Below are positions 10,414-20,222 of a stretch of 64,000 nucleotides of DNA, piece after piece. How positions within the stretch are numbered: position 1 is the stretch's first letter; every line of letters begins with the position of its first letter. The DNA is taken from contig JBBRSB010000003.1 of NCBI GenBank assembly GCA_038245785.1, positions 128,001 through 192,000 of the forward strand, given 5' to 3'. The position numbers and the translations under genes are program-made. The stretch is from Gloeobacterales cyanobacterium. Lineage in GTDB: Bacteria > Cyanobacteriota > Cyanobacteriia > Gloeobacterales > PMM-0068. A model generated the notes under the pieces. It was not told the origin of the DNA. It was given only the letters and a program-made list of their open reading frames with translations, and did no database searches.

Positions 10414-12396
10414 TTACATAACCTCTGCAGGAACGGCCTGAACATCTAGGCTCGTGCCTCGGAGACACGCCCCTTCCAGGTCTGTGCCCGTCAACATCGT
10501 TGATTCCAGATTGGCACAGAGTAAATTGCTATTGCGCAGACTGGCACCCACCAAACAGGCTCCAGTCAGATTGGCTCCTTCCAAATTGGCTCCTTCCAGA
10601 TTGGCCCCTGTTAAATTAGCCCCGCTGAGGTCGGCCCCTTCCAAATTACTCCCAGATAGGTCACTGCCTCTGAGGTCACTGCCGCGCAGGTCCGTCTCCA
10701 GCATAGACATGCCGCTGAGATTGGCTCCTCCAAGGAACGACCCTGCCAGTGAAGCCTGGTCTAGCTGAGCGCCTACTAAAACAGCGCCCCGCAAATCGGC
10801 ATTGCGTAGGTCGGCCTTATTCATGTGTGCGCCCGTGAGGTCTGCCCCGCGTAGCGAAGCCCGCAAATTAGCTTGGAAGGCACGAATACCTGTTAAATCG
10901 GCTCCTGCCAGCTGTGCCTGTTCTAAATTGGCTCCCGTAAAGTCGGCCCCGCTCAGATCTTTGCCTTCCAGACGACTTTCGCGCAAATCGGCACCCTGAA
11001 ATTGCTTGGTGCTTGCTGTTTCTGTATATCCAGACAGCCAGCTAGAAGGGATGGCTTGCGGACGGGTGGGCATATTCAAAAATCCCATTTCCGCCAGACG
11101 AACTACATGGCCCAGGGTCTCTACTAATTTGGGGTCCCAAAGACGGCCTGCGTCTTCTTGACAACGGGCAAAAGCCTCTCCCAGAGAAAGAGCCGGACGT
11201 GTGCCCCGAGGGTGTGTCATCTTTTGGAAGCGAATCACAAGGCGCAGAATTCTAGACCCCAGAGGAATTTCCTCCCCCTTCAGTCCGTCCGGCTTGCCAG
11301 AGCCATCCCAAGCTTCTTTTTCACGGGCAATAATCTGCGTGACTGCATTTAGCTCCGGCATAGCGCCCAGGAGTTTCACGCCGTGCATCGGATGATTATC
11401 TAGGATCTCTTGTTCCTGTTCCGTGCGGTCTTCCTCTGCTTTGAGGAATATAGTCTGAGAAGCCTGGGCTAGTCCTACGCGATGGAGGAGCGCTGCTAAG
11501 CGCAAGCGACGGATAGCTAGGGGAGGCAGTTGGAGCATTTGTCCTAAGGTTTCCGCCAAAGCTGCCACCTGCAAGGAAGCCATTGGGTTATAGGGGTCTT
11601 TCGCATCTACCTGCTGGGCAATACGCAAGAACGCCTGCAGCTTATTGGCTGTCAGGTTGCGTCCTGCAGGCGTCGGCTGCAGTAAACGCTCGGTCTCTGC
11701 ACTGTAGGCAAATAATTTGTCTTCAGTCTCTTGGAGATTGGCGACTATTTGGGCAATGACGCTGCTTAAGTCTTCTTGCTTTGTGGTATCTATCTTGTGG
11801 ATCGCTTCGATCCTCTCCCGCATAGATTTTTCGAGCTGTGGATCATAAACGCCAATCCGGTCCAAAGCGATATGCGCCGATTGATAGACCAAGGCTTCAT
11901 CAAAGGTCCAAAGACCATAGAATTTGCGTTCTAAGTCTTCCTCTGGACGTCCTTCTGGGCCATAGTCTTCATCGGTTAATTCTTGACAGAGGCAAGCGGC
12001 AGCATAGTCTGGAGCCAGAATGATCAAATTCCATTCTTCAGCTACTGGGTCATCGGTAGCGAGGCGGAGCAGGTGAACGTTTTCGAGACTGCCTGTGGGA
12101 TGCTGGGCAAAACCACTGTCTTCCACCGCCATAATCACGATATCTTGAGCGTGCTGAGCCAGTTCTTGATAGCGCTCAGCCTCTTCGAGATACCACTTAC
12201 CCTTTTGGAAGGTCGTAATCAGCAAGGGCAGGTCTTTTGCTTTGGCCCCCGTACGCAGTATGTGGTCTTCCATCGCATGGCAGATAGCTACCAGCGTGTT
12301 TTTGAAATATACGCGGAAGGTCTCGGGCAGGTTGCCGCCGACAGAATCCTGCTCAAGCTTTTCTCTCAAATTATAAAGAATCGAGTTTTTACGCAC
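10414..12396 (-). CDS. DICT sensor + degenerate HD-GYP + pentapeptide-repeat protein
   Basis: N-terminal DICT (FQKGKWYLEEAERY, EEWNLIIL, FYGLWTFD); HD-GYP-like WDGSGKPDGLKGEEIP; about 180 aa of A(D/N)LxG repeats. Confidence 0.8.
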   Translation of the reverse strand: MRKNSILYNLREKLEQDSVGGNLPETFRVYFKNTLVAICHAMEDHILRTGAKAKDLPLLITTFQKGKWYLEEAERYQELAQHAQDIVIMAVEDSGFAQHPTGSLENVHLLRLATDDPVAEEWNLIILAPDYAAACLCQELTDEDYGPEGRPEEDLERKFYGLWTFDEALVYQSAHIALDRIGVYDPQLEKSMRERIEAIHKIDTTKQEDLSSVIAQIVANLQETEDKLFAYSAETERLLQPTPAGRNLTANKLQAFLRIAQQVDAKDPYNPMASLQVAALAETLGQMLQLPPLAIRRLRLAALLHRVGLAQASQTIFLKAEEDRTEQEQEILDNHPMHGVKLLGAMPELNAVTQIIAREKEAWDGSGKPDGLKGEEIPLGSRILRLVIRFQKMTHPRGTRPALSLGEAFARCQEDAGRLWDPKLVETLGHVVRLAEMGFLNMPTRPQAIPSSWLSGYTETASTKQFQGADLRESRLEGKDLSGADFTGANLEQAQLAGADLTGIRAFQANLRASLRGADLTGAHMNKADLRNADLRGAVLVGAQLDQASLAGSFLGGANLSGMSMLETDLRGSDLRGSDLSGSNLEGADLSGANLTGANLEGANLEGANLTGACLVGASLRNSNLLCANLESTMLTGTDLEGACLRGTSLDVQAVPAEVM

Positions 12397-13155
12397 CTAC
12401 GCCCCCATTCCCGGAAAATGACGAATCTTGGCAGAACCATCCATTGTGAGTTGTCCTCGACGGATATCACAGCGATGCATTCGCAATGCAACCCCGTCTA
12501 ACTTGAATTTATCGAGGTCCATCAGGCTATTGATGTGATCCAAGATAGCTCTTGCTACTGCCTGGGATCGCTCACTGCCTTCTATTATGGGGTCGCTGAA
12601 CAAAATGCGACGGTCTTCTTCCAAAGTAATCTTGGTACACAGGCGAACATCCAGCGGTTCAGTCTCTTTTCCGACGGAAATTTGGCTATAGAGCAGCAAA
12701 ATTCCTCCATCCTGGAGTTCTACGCCCGTATTGGAAAAATTCAAGGATTGTCCTTCAAAAGTCAGCAGCTGGAGTTTCTCGACAATGAAGGGTGTGTTGA
12801 AAGAACGGCTGAGGTCTTTTTCACTGAGCACCACACTCAAGGTGCCACTGGTTGACTGACGGAGCTTGATTTTTCCGCCCATCAGACTACTCAAATCGAT
12901 GGCCACCGCCTGCACCCGGAGGTCCATGCGGGCCACCCGCAATCCATTGCGCATTTCCAAGCCGCGACCAACCAAATCAAAACCATCCAGACTCCCCTGG
13001 AGGATCTTGCTGACAGGATTGGCCCGGACTTTAGCATTCAGGCTGTCGGTGGTTTTGAATAGAGCGGCAATAGCTGCAGTAGCTACCGACCCGACCCATT
13101 CATCCCCCCCTTTATTCTGGAATGGAGAGAATATTGAACTGAGCATGTACAGCAT
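12397..13155 (-). CDS. DUF2993 / LmeA-like protein
   Basis: ILQGSLDGF, GRGLEMRNGLRV, VVLSEKDLSRSFN resemble cyanobacterial DUF2993 proteins. Confidence 0.65.
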   Translation of the reverse strand: MLYMLSSIFSPFQNKGGDEWVGSVATAAIAALFKTTDSLNAKVRANPVSKILQGSLDGFDLVGRGLEMRNGLRVARMDLRVQAVAIDLSSLMGGKIKLRQSTSGTLSVVLSEKDLSRSFNTPFIVEKLQLLTFEGQSLNFSNTGVELQDGGILLLYSQISVGKETEPLDVRLCTKITLEEDRRILFSDPIIEGSERSQAVARAILDHINSLMDLDKFKLDGVALRMHRCDIRRGQLTMDGSAKIRHFPGMGA

Positions 13156-13259
13156 CCCAAACGCAGCAGTAGTAAAGAGCCGCAGAAGGACCCGGCGCTT
13201 TCTTCATCCTATAGGAGGTTTCCGAATTTTAGAGAGCAAAGTGTAGGCTGCTGAAAGAT

Positions 13260-13490
13260 TTAAGCTTGCTTGTCGGCTATAGAAGAATCCTTAGACTCCA
13301 GAGGTTTAGCCTCTTGATTTTTTTCATCCCCGCCTCTTTTCAATTCTTCTTCAAACTCGGTAGTAGCTTTTCTAAAACTCTTCGTTGCTTGCCCTAAGGT
13401 TTTTCCCAGCTCTGGAATTTTCTTAGGGCCAAAAACCAGTAGAGCGACTACTGCAATTGCGCCTAATTCTAAAGGACCCAAGCCAAACAT
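13260..13490 (-). CDS. tatA: Twin-arginine translocase TatA/E
   Basis: MFGLGPLE, LVFGPKKIPELGKTLG. Confidence 0.92.
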   Translation of the reverse strand: MFGLGPLELGAIAVVALLVFGPKKIPELGKTLGQATKSFRKATTEFEEELKRGGDEKNQEAKPLESKDSSIADKQA

Positions 13491-13567
13491 ATGGATACCA
13501 AGACTTCAGTAGCCTCAGTATAGCGAAAGGCTGTGTAGAGCCAATGCAATCACCACTATTCTGCGCT

Positions 13568-13894
13568 TTAAGATACGGGGAACAAGAGACGATAGAAGCA
13601 GAGGCCATTGAGGGCAAGCAAGGTCAAGCTGGCAGAGTGGATTTGCCAGCTCAGGGGAGAGGGAGCTACTTTTTCACTCACCATCGCCAGAAGTGCGGCA
13701 TTGATCGAATAGGCCAGGGCAAGCGTCTGGAATGCCCACCAGTCATAGCCAAAACCGATAGCCCCGCAGCAAAAAGCCAGTCCGAATATCACGAGGGCTA
13801 TGGCCCGAGGCGGATCTACTTCGGTCCAGTGGCGTATCCTCTCGATACGGCAGATCCAGGCAGAACGAAGATTTTGCGGAAAAAACGCGCGCAT
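13568..13894 (-). CDS. Hypothetical membrane protein
   Basis: About three hydrophobic segments; co-oriented between the glycosyltransferase and tatA; start uncertain. Confidence 0.45.
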   Translation of the reverse strand: MRAFFPQNLRSAWICRIERIRHWTEVDPPRAIALVIFGLAFCCGAIGFGYDWWAFQTLALAYSINAALLAMVSEKVAPSPLSWQIHSASLTLLALNGLCFYRLLFPVS

Positions 13895-13923
13895 AACCAA
13901 GATATGGATATTGTTCCGAAAGA

Positions 13924-15105
13924 TTAGCAAACTCTTGCCTGTTGTTGCCACCATTGCACCGTCTGTTCGGTGATGATCTCCCAGGCAAACCTCTGCTGGA
14001 CAGCTTGTTGGGCATTGTTGGCCAGTTTTTGGGCTAGGTCCTGATGAGTCAAAAGACGCAGAATCGCCCAGGCCAGATGGGCGCCACTCTTGGCCGGGAC
14101 TTTCAGCCCACTGTATTCGTCGGCAACAATTTCAGCCAGCCCGCCCACATCCGACACAACCACAGGCACGCCAGACGCCATCGCTTCTAAGGCGACAATG
14201 CCGAACGGCTCGTAGAGACTGGGAAAGGCACCTATATCTGCAACTCGAATCAGGTCCTGAAGTTCTTCCTCGGGAAGATAGCCTGTAAAGTGCACGTGCT
14301 GATCTACTCTTAATTTCTGGCTACGACGCTGGACCTCTTCTAGATAAGGGCCACGACCGACGAGTACGGCCTTGGCATTGGGCATATTGCCCAGTAGATG
14401 GGGCATGGCCTCTACTAGGTAGCGCGCCCCTTTTTCATGGACCATCCGCCCGACAAAAAGGATCAGTTTCTGGTCTTCGGTGACATAGCGCTTGCGCACT
14501 TGGGCTCTTTCTTCTGGGCTCAAGGGAGGACGGGTATCTGGCTGGATACCATTTGGGAAAATGCCGATTTTGGAGTCAGGAACTTGAAATAGCGTCTGGA
14601 GTTCTGCTTTCATCGCTTTCGAACAAACGATAACGTTATCGGCTTTATGGACCAACCATTCTTCCATCTTGTGAATATGACGTTGGAGAGCATGGTGTAT
14701 CCCATCCATCCGGCCAGATTCTGTGGCATGCAGGGTAGCGCTCAGAGGAATCTTCCACTTTTCCTGGAGGGCAATGCCTGCTTCTGCCGTAAGCCAATCG
14801 TGACAGTGGATCAGGTCAAAGGGTTGTTCTTGATGGAAGACCGGCGCTATTTCCCGCAGCTGCTGGTTAAATCTACGGACCCATCCCAGGAAATCTTCCG
14901 TAGGGACGGGTGGGTGCAAAACATAATCGACTTGGACGCCCTTTAGGATTTGGGTCTTGCCTTTGCTTTCTTCCTCAGGCGCAACGGTCAGGACATGGAC
15001 TTGATGACCTTGCGCGACGAAGGATTCACAGAGTCCTTCGCAGTGTCGTGCCAACCCACCCACAATCCGTGGAGGATATTCCCAAGTAAGTTCAAGAATC
15101 CGCAT
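13924..15105 (-). CDS. Glycosyltransferase family 4
   Basis: WEYPPRIVGGL, HCHDW, FVGRMVHEKG, PSLYEPFGIVALEAMA. Confidence 0.92.
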   Translation of the reverse strand: MRILELTWEYPPRIVGGLARHCEGLCESFVAQGHQVHVLTVAPEEESKGKTQILKGVQVDYVLHPPVPTEDFLGWVRRFNQQLREIAPVFHQEQPFDLIHCHDWLTAEAGIALQEKWKIPLSATLHATESGRMDGIHHALQRHIHKMEEWLVHKADNVIVCSKAMKAELQTLFQVPDSKIGIFPNGIQPDTRPPLSPEERAQVRKRYVTEDQKLILFVGRMVHEKGARYLVEAMPHLLGNMPNAKAVLVGRGPYLEEVQRRSQKLRVDQHVHFTGYLPEEELQDLIRVADIGAFPSLYEPFGIVALEAMASGVPVVVSDVGGLAEIVADEYSGLKVPAKSGAHLAWAILRLLTHQDLAQKLANNAQQAVQQRFAWEIITEQTVQWWQQQARVC

Positions 15106-15407
15106 ATCCCAGGCGCAAAAAGTATCTTATTGTGCCATGAGCGTTGTGTTAAAAAATGTATCGTCATGCTTTTGGGACCCATCGGTTCGGATCTAGTTCT
15201 GGCAGGCCCGAGCAGCAAGAACTCAAAATTTATCCAAGTTGACCGCAAAATTAGTGCTTGAAAATCATAATCGTACTGAGTATGCTTTAGGCACGGATTT
15301 GTAATGGCTTCTGAGAATTCTTTGGTTTATATCCGTTAGTAGGTGGTGGAGAGAAGTGAAGTTAGTGGACACCTAGGAACTCAAAATTATTGGAGGAAAT
15401 GCACATC

Positions 15408-15598
15408 ATGACTGACGAGAAAATATTGACCACGGCCGATGATTGCCCGTGAACAAGCCCCGTTGGCCGGTAATGAACTATCAGCGCGATAGTTCAATGT
15501 CGTTTGGGCAAGGGGATGATATGCCTAACTATGAGCCGAATAGCTACGATACAGCTCCCAAAGAAGCTCCGGAATATGCTGAGCCCCCGTTCGGCTGA
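15408..15598 (+). pseudogene. Monofunctional heme catalase remnant (internally deleted)
   Basis: GGAGG RBS then MTDEKILTTADDCP (catalase N-terminus-like), joined out of frame to LPVNKPRWPVMNYQRDSSM...PNYEPNSY...PEYAEPP (catalase wrapping-loop region). Confidence 0.75.
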
Positions 15599-15610
15599 CG
15601 CTCAGGGAAG

Positions 15611-15640
15611 CCAAAATTCCCCAATTCTGGGGAATTTTGG
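15611..15640. repeat. Small dispersed palindromic repeat
   Basis: CCAAAATTCCCCA-ATTC-TGGGGAATTTTGG, a 13-bp stem. Confidence 0.65.
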
Positions 15641-15750
15641 GCTAGAACCGCGCTTAGCTTGCTTCCCATTGGCGTTCGCGTAGCGTCTCTGCAAGAGACA
15701 GCTTGCCGGAGGCATAGGCACAGGGTGAGTTGGAGGGCAGGGGGGAGGAC

Positions 15751-17907
15751 TTAAGGATGCTCTTCTTCTCTGTCTCCCTCACGCTGACGCAAGGCGGCAT
15801 TCTTGACCTTCAGGACTTGAATGCGACTGTTGAAGAAATCGCCGACGTACAGCTTACCTTTGTAGTAGTGAGCACCAGCGGTCCAGTTGAAGAGTCCCGG
15901 TTCAGGCAGAGGTTGTCCTGGTTGGAGAATGTTCTGGGGACCCGCATTGGGGACGGGTTTACCAAAGCTCGTCAGGAATTTTCCCTCCTTATTGAAGACT
16001 TGGATGCGGCTGTTGATCGAGTCTGCTACATAAACATTGTCGAACTCATCCACCTCCACCCCGATCGGCTGATTGAGCTGTCCAGGTCCAACACCCGGCT
16101 CCCCAAACGCAAACAGGGGCTGACCTACAGGACTAAGCACTTGGATGCGGTTGTTTAATTGGTCTCCTACATAAATTTTGCCTGTTGTTGGGGAAACGGA
16201 AATCCCAGAGGGTCCTTGAAACTGTCCAAGTTCTTTACCCGGTGAGCCGATCTTATTGATCAGGTCGCCATTGCGATTAAAGACCTGGATAAAGTCGCTG
16301 CTAAAATCGGTCACGTACAGTTTGCCGCTCTTGTCGAAGGTTAAACCCCCTGGACCAGAGAAAGCCCGCCCTTCAACCGGAGCTCCAAAACTCCCAAAAG
16401 ACTTGATCGGGTTACCCTCACGGTCATAAACATTAATCCGGTTGTTAAAGACATCGCCTACATAGAGGTTGCCTGTTTCGTCGTCGAATTTCAGATCGGC
16501 GGGTTCATTGAGCTGTCCTAGACCCGTTCCACTGCTACCCACCGTTTTGACAAAGTTGCCGCGCTCATCGAAGACTTGCAGTCGGTCCCCTTCACCATCG
16601 CTTACCCAGACCTGTCCGGTGCTGGGCTGCACGGTAATACCCTGAGGAAGGAAAATATTCGCAGGTCCAAAGCCGGGGCTGCTAATCGTCGATTCGTACT
16701 TCAATTTGACCGATTCACTCTTTTTCACCTTGTCAATCTTCACCTGTAGCACCTGTCCAAGACCGGGACTGGCTCCTTTGTTGGTGATGTAGATGGTGTC
16801 ATCGGCCGCAATCGCCAGGGCTGTCGGAGCATCCAGTCCATTGCCACTCAGCAACACCGTTCGCTTACCGTTCGGGGCGATTTTGATCAGCGAACCTTCC
16901 ATCGCTCCTGGCGTCATTTTCCAGGAAGCTTCGTTATAGATCTGAAGCACGTACAGATTGCCCTTGCTGTCGAACTCTAAGTCGCCAAGCTGAGTAAAAC
17001 CGGTTGCAAAGACTTCCGACTTCCCATCTCTGCCAACGCGGAGGATTCTGGCTGCACCTTCGGGATAAGGGAATCCTGTAAATTCGCTGGTGTAAACTGC
17101 GCCATCAGGGCCGACGGCAACCCCCGTGGGTACTGATTGCACTTCCTTGGGACCAGGAGGAGGAGCACCGCCGGGAGGAGCTGGTTGGTTAGGGTCAGGT
17201 GGGGGGAAAACAGGGTTATCAATGAACTGCGTGGGGAGCCCAAATCCTTCTGCCTTACCGTCTGTCAAGCGCACCGAGTAAAGCGAGTTACCCCCTGCAT
17301 CCACAATGTACGCCTCACGGCCCTTGATCGCCACCGCATAGGGATTGGTGATTTTGCAGCCTAGAAAGTCAACTGCAGTGCACTTATCGGGATCATTATC
17401 TAGCTCGTATTGAGCGATGTCCAACAGACTTGTCAACTGGCCTGAACCTAAGTCGAATTTGTAAAACTGTCCAAAGGTCGGTTCTTGAAAAACGGCTTCG
17501 CGGTTTGCTGGGTCTCCTGCAAATCCATAAACTAGGTAGGCATTCCCTTCGGCATCAAACTGTATGTCCTGGGGACCCGCTCCTTCATTACCACTGGGCT
17601 GCAAGGCAAGAGAGGGCAGATTAGAAAAAATCCGCTCTTGCTTACCGTCTTTAATGCGGGTAATCGCCCCTGTATTGCCTACACAGAGAGGCAAACCTTG
17701 GACGCTTGGGGAAGGAATACAAGCGCCGCCGCCGCCAATGCCTGCTTCCGTTACATAGACGCTGCCGTCGGGACCGATGCCCAAGCCACGAGCGTTGTCT
17801 AGCTTGTCAGCAATGACTTTGTAGGTTGCGACTTCCTGCGCCGCGACAGGATAGGTCGTTGCTAAGCCGAGAGCAAGCAGGGCAACGATTGAGTTCTTGA
17901 ATTTCAT
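15751..17907 (-). CDS. Fused ScyD/ScyE-family + ScyF-like NHL-repeat secreted protein
   Basis: Signal peptide; ScyD/E-like N-half (LDNARGL, YVTEAGIGG, TNPY, QSVPT, EFTGFPYPEG); NHL-repeat C-half (PQGI, NNRINVY, NSRIQVF); follows scyC. Confidence 0.8.
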   Translation of the reverse strand: MKFKNSIVALLALGLATTYPVAAQEVATYKVIADKLDNARGLGIGPDGSVYVTEAGIGGGGACIPSPSVQGLPLCVGNTGAITRIKDGKQERIFSNLPSLALQPSGNEGAGPQDIQFDAEGNAYLVYGFAGDPANREAVFQEPTFGQFYKFDLGSGQLTSLLDIAQYELDNDPDKCTAVDFLGCKITNPYAVAIKGREAYIVDAGGNSLYSVRLTDGKAEGFGLPTQFIDNPVFPPPDPNQPAPPGGAPPPGPKEVQSVPTGVAVGPDGAVYTSEFTGFPYPEGAARILRVGRDGKSEVFATGFTQLGDLEFDSKGNLYVLQIYNEASWKMTPGAMEGSLIKIAPNGKRTVLLSGNGLDAPTALAIAADDTIYITNKGASPGLGQVLQVKIDKVKKSESVKLKYESTISSPGFGPANIFLPQGITVQPSTGQVWVSDGEGDRLQVFDERGNFVKTVGSSGTGLGQLNEPADLKFDDETGNLYVGDVFNNRINVYDREGNPIKSFGSFGAPVEGRAFSGPGGLTFDKSGKLYVTDFSSDFIQVFNRNGDLINKIGSPGKELGQFQGPSGISVSPTTGKIYVGDQLNNRIQVLSPVGQPLFAFGEPGVGPGQLNQPIGVEVDEFDNVYVADSINSRIQVFNKEGKFLTSFGKPVPNAGPQNILQPGQPLPEPGLFNWTAGAHYYKGKLYVGDFFNSRIQVLKVKNAALRQREGDREEEHP

Positions 17908-18053
17908 AATTCTCCATAATTGACACTACATGAACGTGTTGGTTGATTGAGGCCATGGGCAATCCAGTACTCCAGCAACACCACGGGAGTACTCGTTGCG
18001 GGAGAGAAGACGATCCCGCCGATCCAAACGGAACGAGCAAACACTGCTGCTCT

Positions 18054-19013
18054 TTAGGCAACGGGGAGATAGCTCATTCCCCGTTCAAACGTGGCAAGAT
18101 TGCCCGCTTTTGCTTCCAGCAAGCGCTTGATATTCATACTTTCAGCGCCGTAGTCCTCGATTTGAAGTCTGCCGTGGGGCATAGGCTTCTGGAGGTCCCA
18201 AAAGGTAATACGGTGCTGAATAAGACCCTGCGCAGCATCATCCCCAAAGGCATAGGAGCAGGGTACGAGCAGCGTTGGGCAGCGCTGCATAAATTGATAG
18301 TCAGGATAGAAATAGTCCTGTTCGATCAGGGAGTACTTACCGAGCGAGTGGACTCGGAATGTCACCTGCACGGTGCGATTGTACTCGTCCAAAAACTCGC
18401 CCGACTGAGCGTTTTTCTCTGAGGTCACATCACCTTGTGGCCGAAGCAAGTGACACCACTCTTTGTGATTATCTAGATTGCCGATATAGTCGACGGCAAG
18501 GTCTAAGGGAGCATCCACGTAGATTGAATCTGTGTCAATCTTGTAGCGGCCGACGGCAGCAGCGGTATTCCCCTGCTTGCGCTCTAAAATTGCTTTCAGG
18601 GAGCGACATTCGGCGGTATGCACCGTGTGCACACCCTCCATAATCATCGGCGTGCGGCGGCGCGGATCGATAAAGCTGAGCCAATGGAAGTAAACGCCCG
18701 CCTCGTCTAGTCCTGGGTGGACATAGCCCGGCGGAAACAGCAGTACGGGATAAACCTGAAAGTATTTGTTGTATTCGAAGCCGCAGTGCCACTCGATTCC
18801 ATAAAAGAGTGGATTTTCAATTTTGCGAACGTGGTAGTAAAGATCGTTTTGGTAGCCGGAAGCTGTGCCCCGCCAGGTCTGCTCATCAATCTGTTCAATC
18901 ATGTTGCTGAACAGCGTCCACTCATCCAGGTTCTGCAGTTCGTACAGATAGTCGAAGGCTGTTTTGGGATCTGTGGCAATGTAGGCAGAGGTAGCAAATG
19001 TATTTTTTTCCAT
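18054..19013 (-). CDS. scyC: Scytonemin biosynthesis cyclase/decarboxylase ScyC
   Basis: MEKNTFATSAYIAT, GIEWHCG, ECRSLK, AESMNIKR; position after scyB. Confidence 0.9.
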   Translation of the reverse strand: MEKNTFATSAYIATDPKTAFDYLYELQNLDEWTLFSNMIEQIDEQTWRGTASGYQNDLYYHVRKIENPLFYGIEWHCGFEYNKYFQVYPVLLFPPGYVHPGLDEAGVYFHWLSFIDPRRRTPMIMEGVHTVHTAECRSLKAILERKQGNTAAAVGRYKIDTDSIYVDAPLDLAVDYIGNLDNHKEWCHLLRPQGDVTSEKNAQSGEFLDEYNRTVQVTFRVHSLGKYSLIEQDYFYPDYQFMQRCPTLLVPCSYAFGDDAAQGLIQHRITFWDLQKPMPHGRLQIEDYGAESMNIKRLLEAKAGNLATFERGMSYLPVA

Positions 19014-19027
19014 CGGTTACTTCTTGG

Positions 19028-20137
19028 TTACTCCTGCACAAGTTGTCTACGTTCAAGGTTGGGAAGGGCATACGAGGGCAGCAGATGCCGTCCAATTCCT
19101 TCGCTTTTTGATTTTTCAATCAGCTTTTTAGCCAAGTGTTGTGCAGCCTCCTGGGTAGTTATTTCAGCTTGTTCGGCGTGCTCAAAGATCTCTAGCAAGG
19201 TGCCGTAGATATTGCTTAGCTGCGTTTGGACGCGCCCTTCGTGGTAGCCAATCATTTCGTTGTAGACATTGATCAAACCGCCCGCATTAATCACATAGTC
19301 TGGGCAGTAGAGAATATTCCTAGCCGTGAGCAGCCGACTGTGTTTTTGCTCATCATCCAGTTGGTTGTTGGCAGCACCGGCGACGATAGAAGCTTGCAGG
19401 CGCGGAATTGTCGTATCGTTCAGCACCCCTCCCATTGCACAAGGAGAGAAGACATCAACAGATAGGTCATAGATGGCATCAGGATCGATGATGGTGGCTC
19501 CATAGAGGTCAGCCATTTCCTGCGCTCGTTCCTGTCGCACATCGCTGACAAAAAGCTCGGCTCCCCGCTCTGAGAGAAGTTGGCACAGGACTTGACCGAC
19601 ATTGCCCAACCCCTGCACCGCCACTTTTAACCCTTCAAAGCTTTGCCGCTGCAGACGGAATTCGACAGCGGCCTGCATGCCGAGCAGCACTCCTGCCGCC
19701 GTTAAGGGAACAGGACCGCCAGATTCTGCCTTCACGCCCATTACATAACTGGTTTCACGGTGAATTTGATGGACGTCACGCAGCGAAATATTGACATCCT
19801 GGCCCGTAATAAACTGCCCTTTGAGCCGCTCTATAAATCGGCCATAGGCTCTAAGTAGGCGGTCATTTTTTTGTTTTGGATCGGCAATGATCACGCCTTT
19901 GCCACCGCCCACCGGAATACGGGCACAGGCCGCTTTGTAGGTCATACCCCGACTAAGGCGCAGGGCATCACGCAGGGCAGCATCCTCGCTGGCATAGGGG
20001 AAAAGGCGCGTGGCGCCCATCGCTGAACCGAAGTCTGTGTTGTGCAGCGCAATGATCGCTTTGAGACCAGTCGCTGGGTCGTGGCAAAAGAGAACCTGCT
20101 GATGCTCTGTTTCTCTGGTCGTTTCAAACAGTTTCAC
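19028..20137 (-). CDS. scyB: Tryptophan dehydrogenase (Leu/Phe/Val dehydrogenase family) ScyB
   Basis: LSRGMTYK, GGGKGVI, QGLGNVG, PDYVINAGG; lies between scyA and scyC. Confidence 0.9.
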   Translation of the reverse strand: MKLFETTRETEHQQVLFCHDPATGLKAIIALHNTDFGSAMGATRLFPYASEDAALRDALRLSRGMTYKAACARIPVGGGKGVIIADPKQKNDRLLRAYGRFIERLKGQFITGQDVNISLRDVHQIHRETSYVMGVKAESGGPVPLTAAGVLLGMQAAVEFRLQRQSFEGLKVAVQGLGNVGQVLCQLLSERGAELFVSDVRQERAQEMADLYGATIIDPDAIYDLSVDVFSPCAMGGVLNDTTIPRLQASIVAGAANNQLDDEQKHSRLLTARNILYCPDYVINAGGLINVYNEMIGYHEGRVQTQLSNIYGTLLEIFEHAEQAEITTQEAAQHLAKKLIEKSKSEGIGRHLLPSYALPNLERRQLVQE

Positions 20138-20222
20138 GTGTACGATCTCCTCTTTGTTTTGCTGCTGGTTGTGACTTAAGCCCTTATTTAGCAGGGGGTT
20201 TAGCGTTTACTGCTGCCTGAAA

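Noticed and set aside
10430..11000. Periodic 15-nt repeats resembling an array
   Set aside because: They are the coding pentapeptide repeats of the minus-strand gene; no unique spacers, so not CRISPR.
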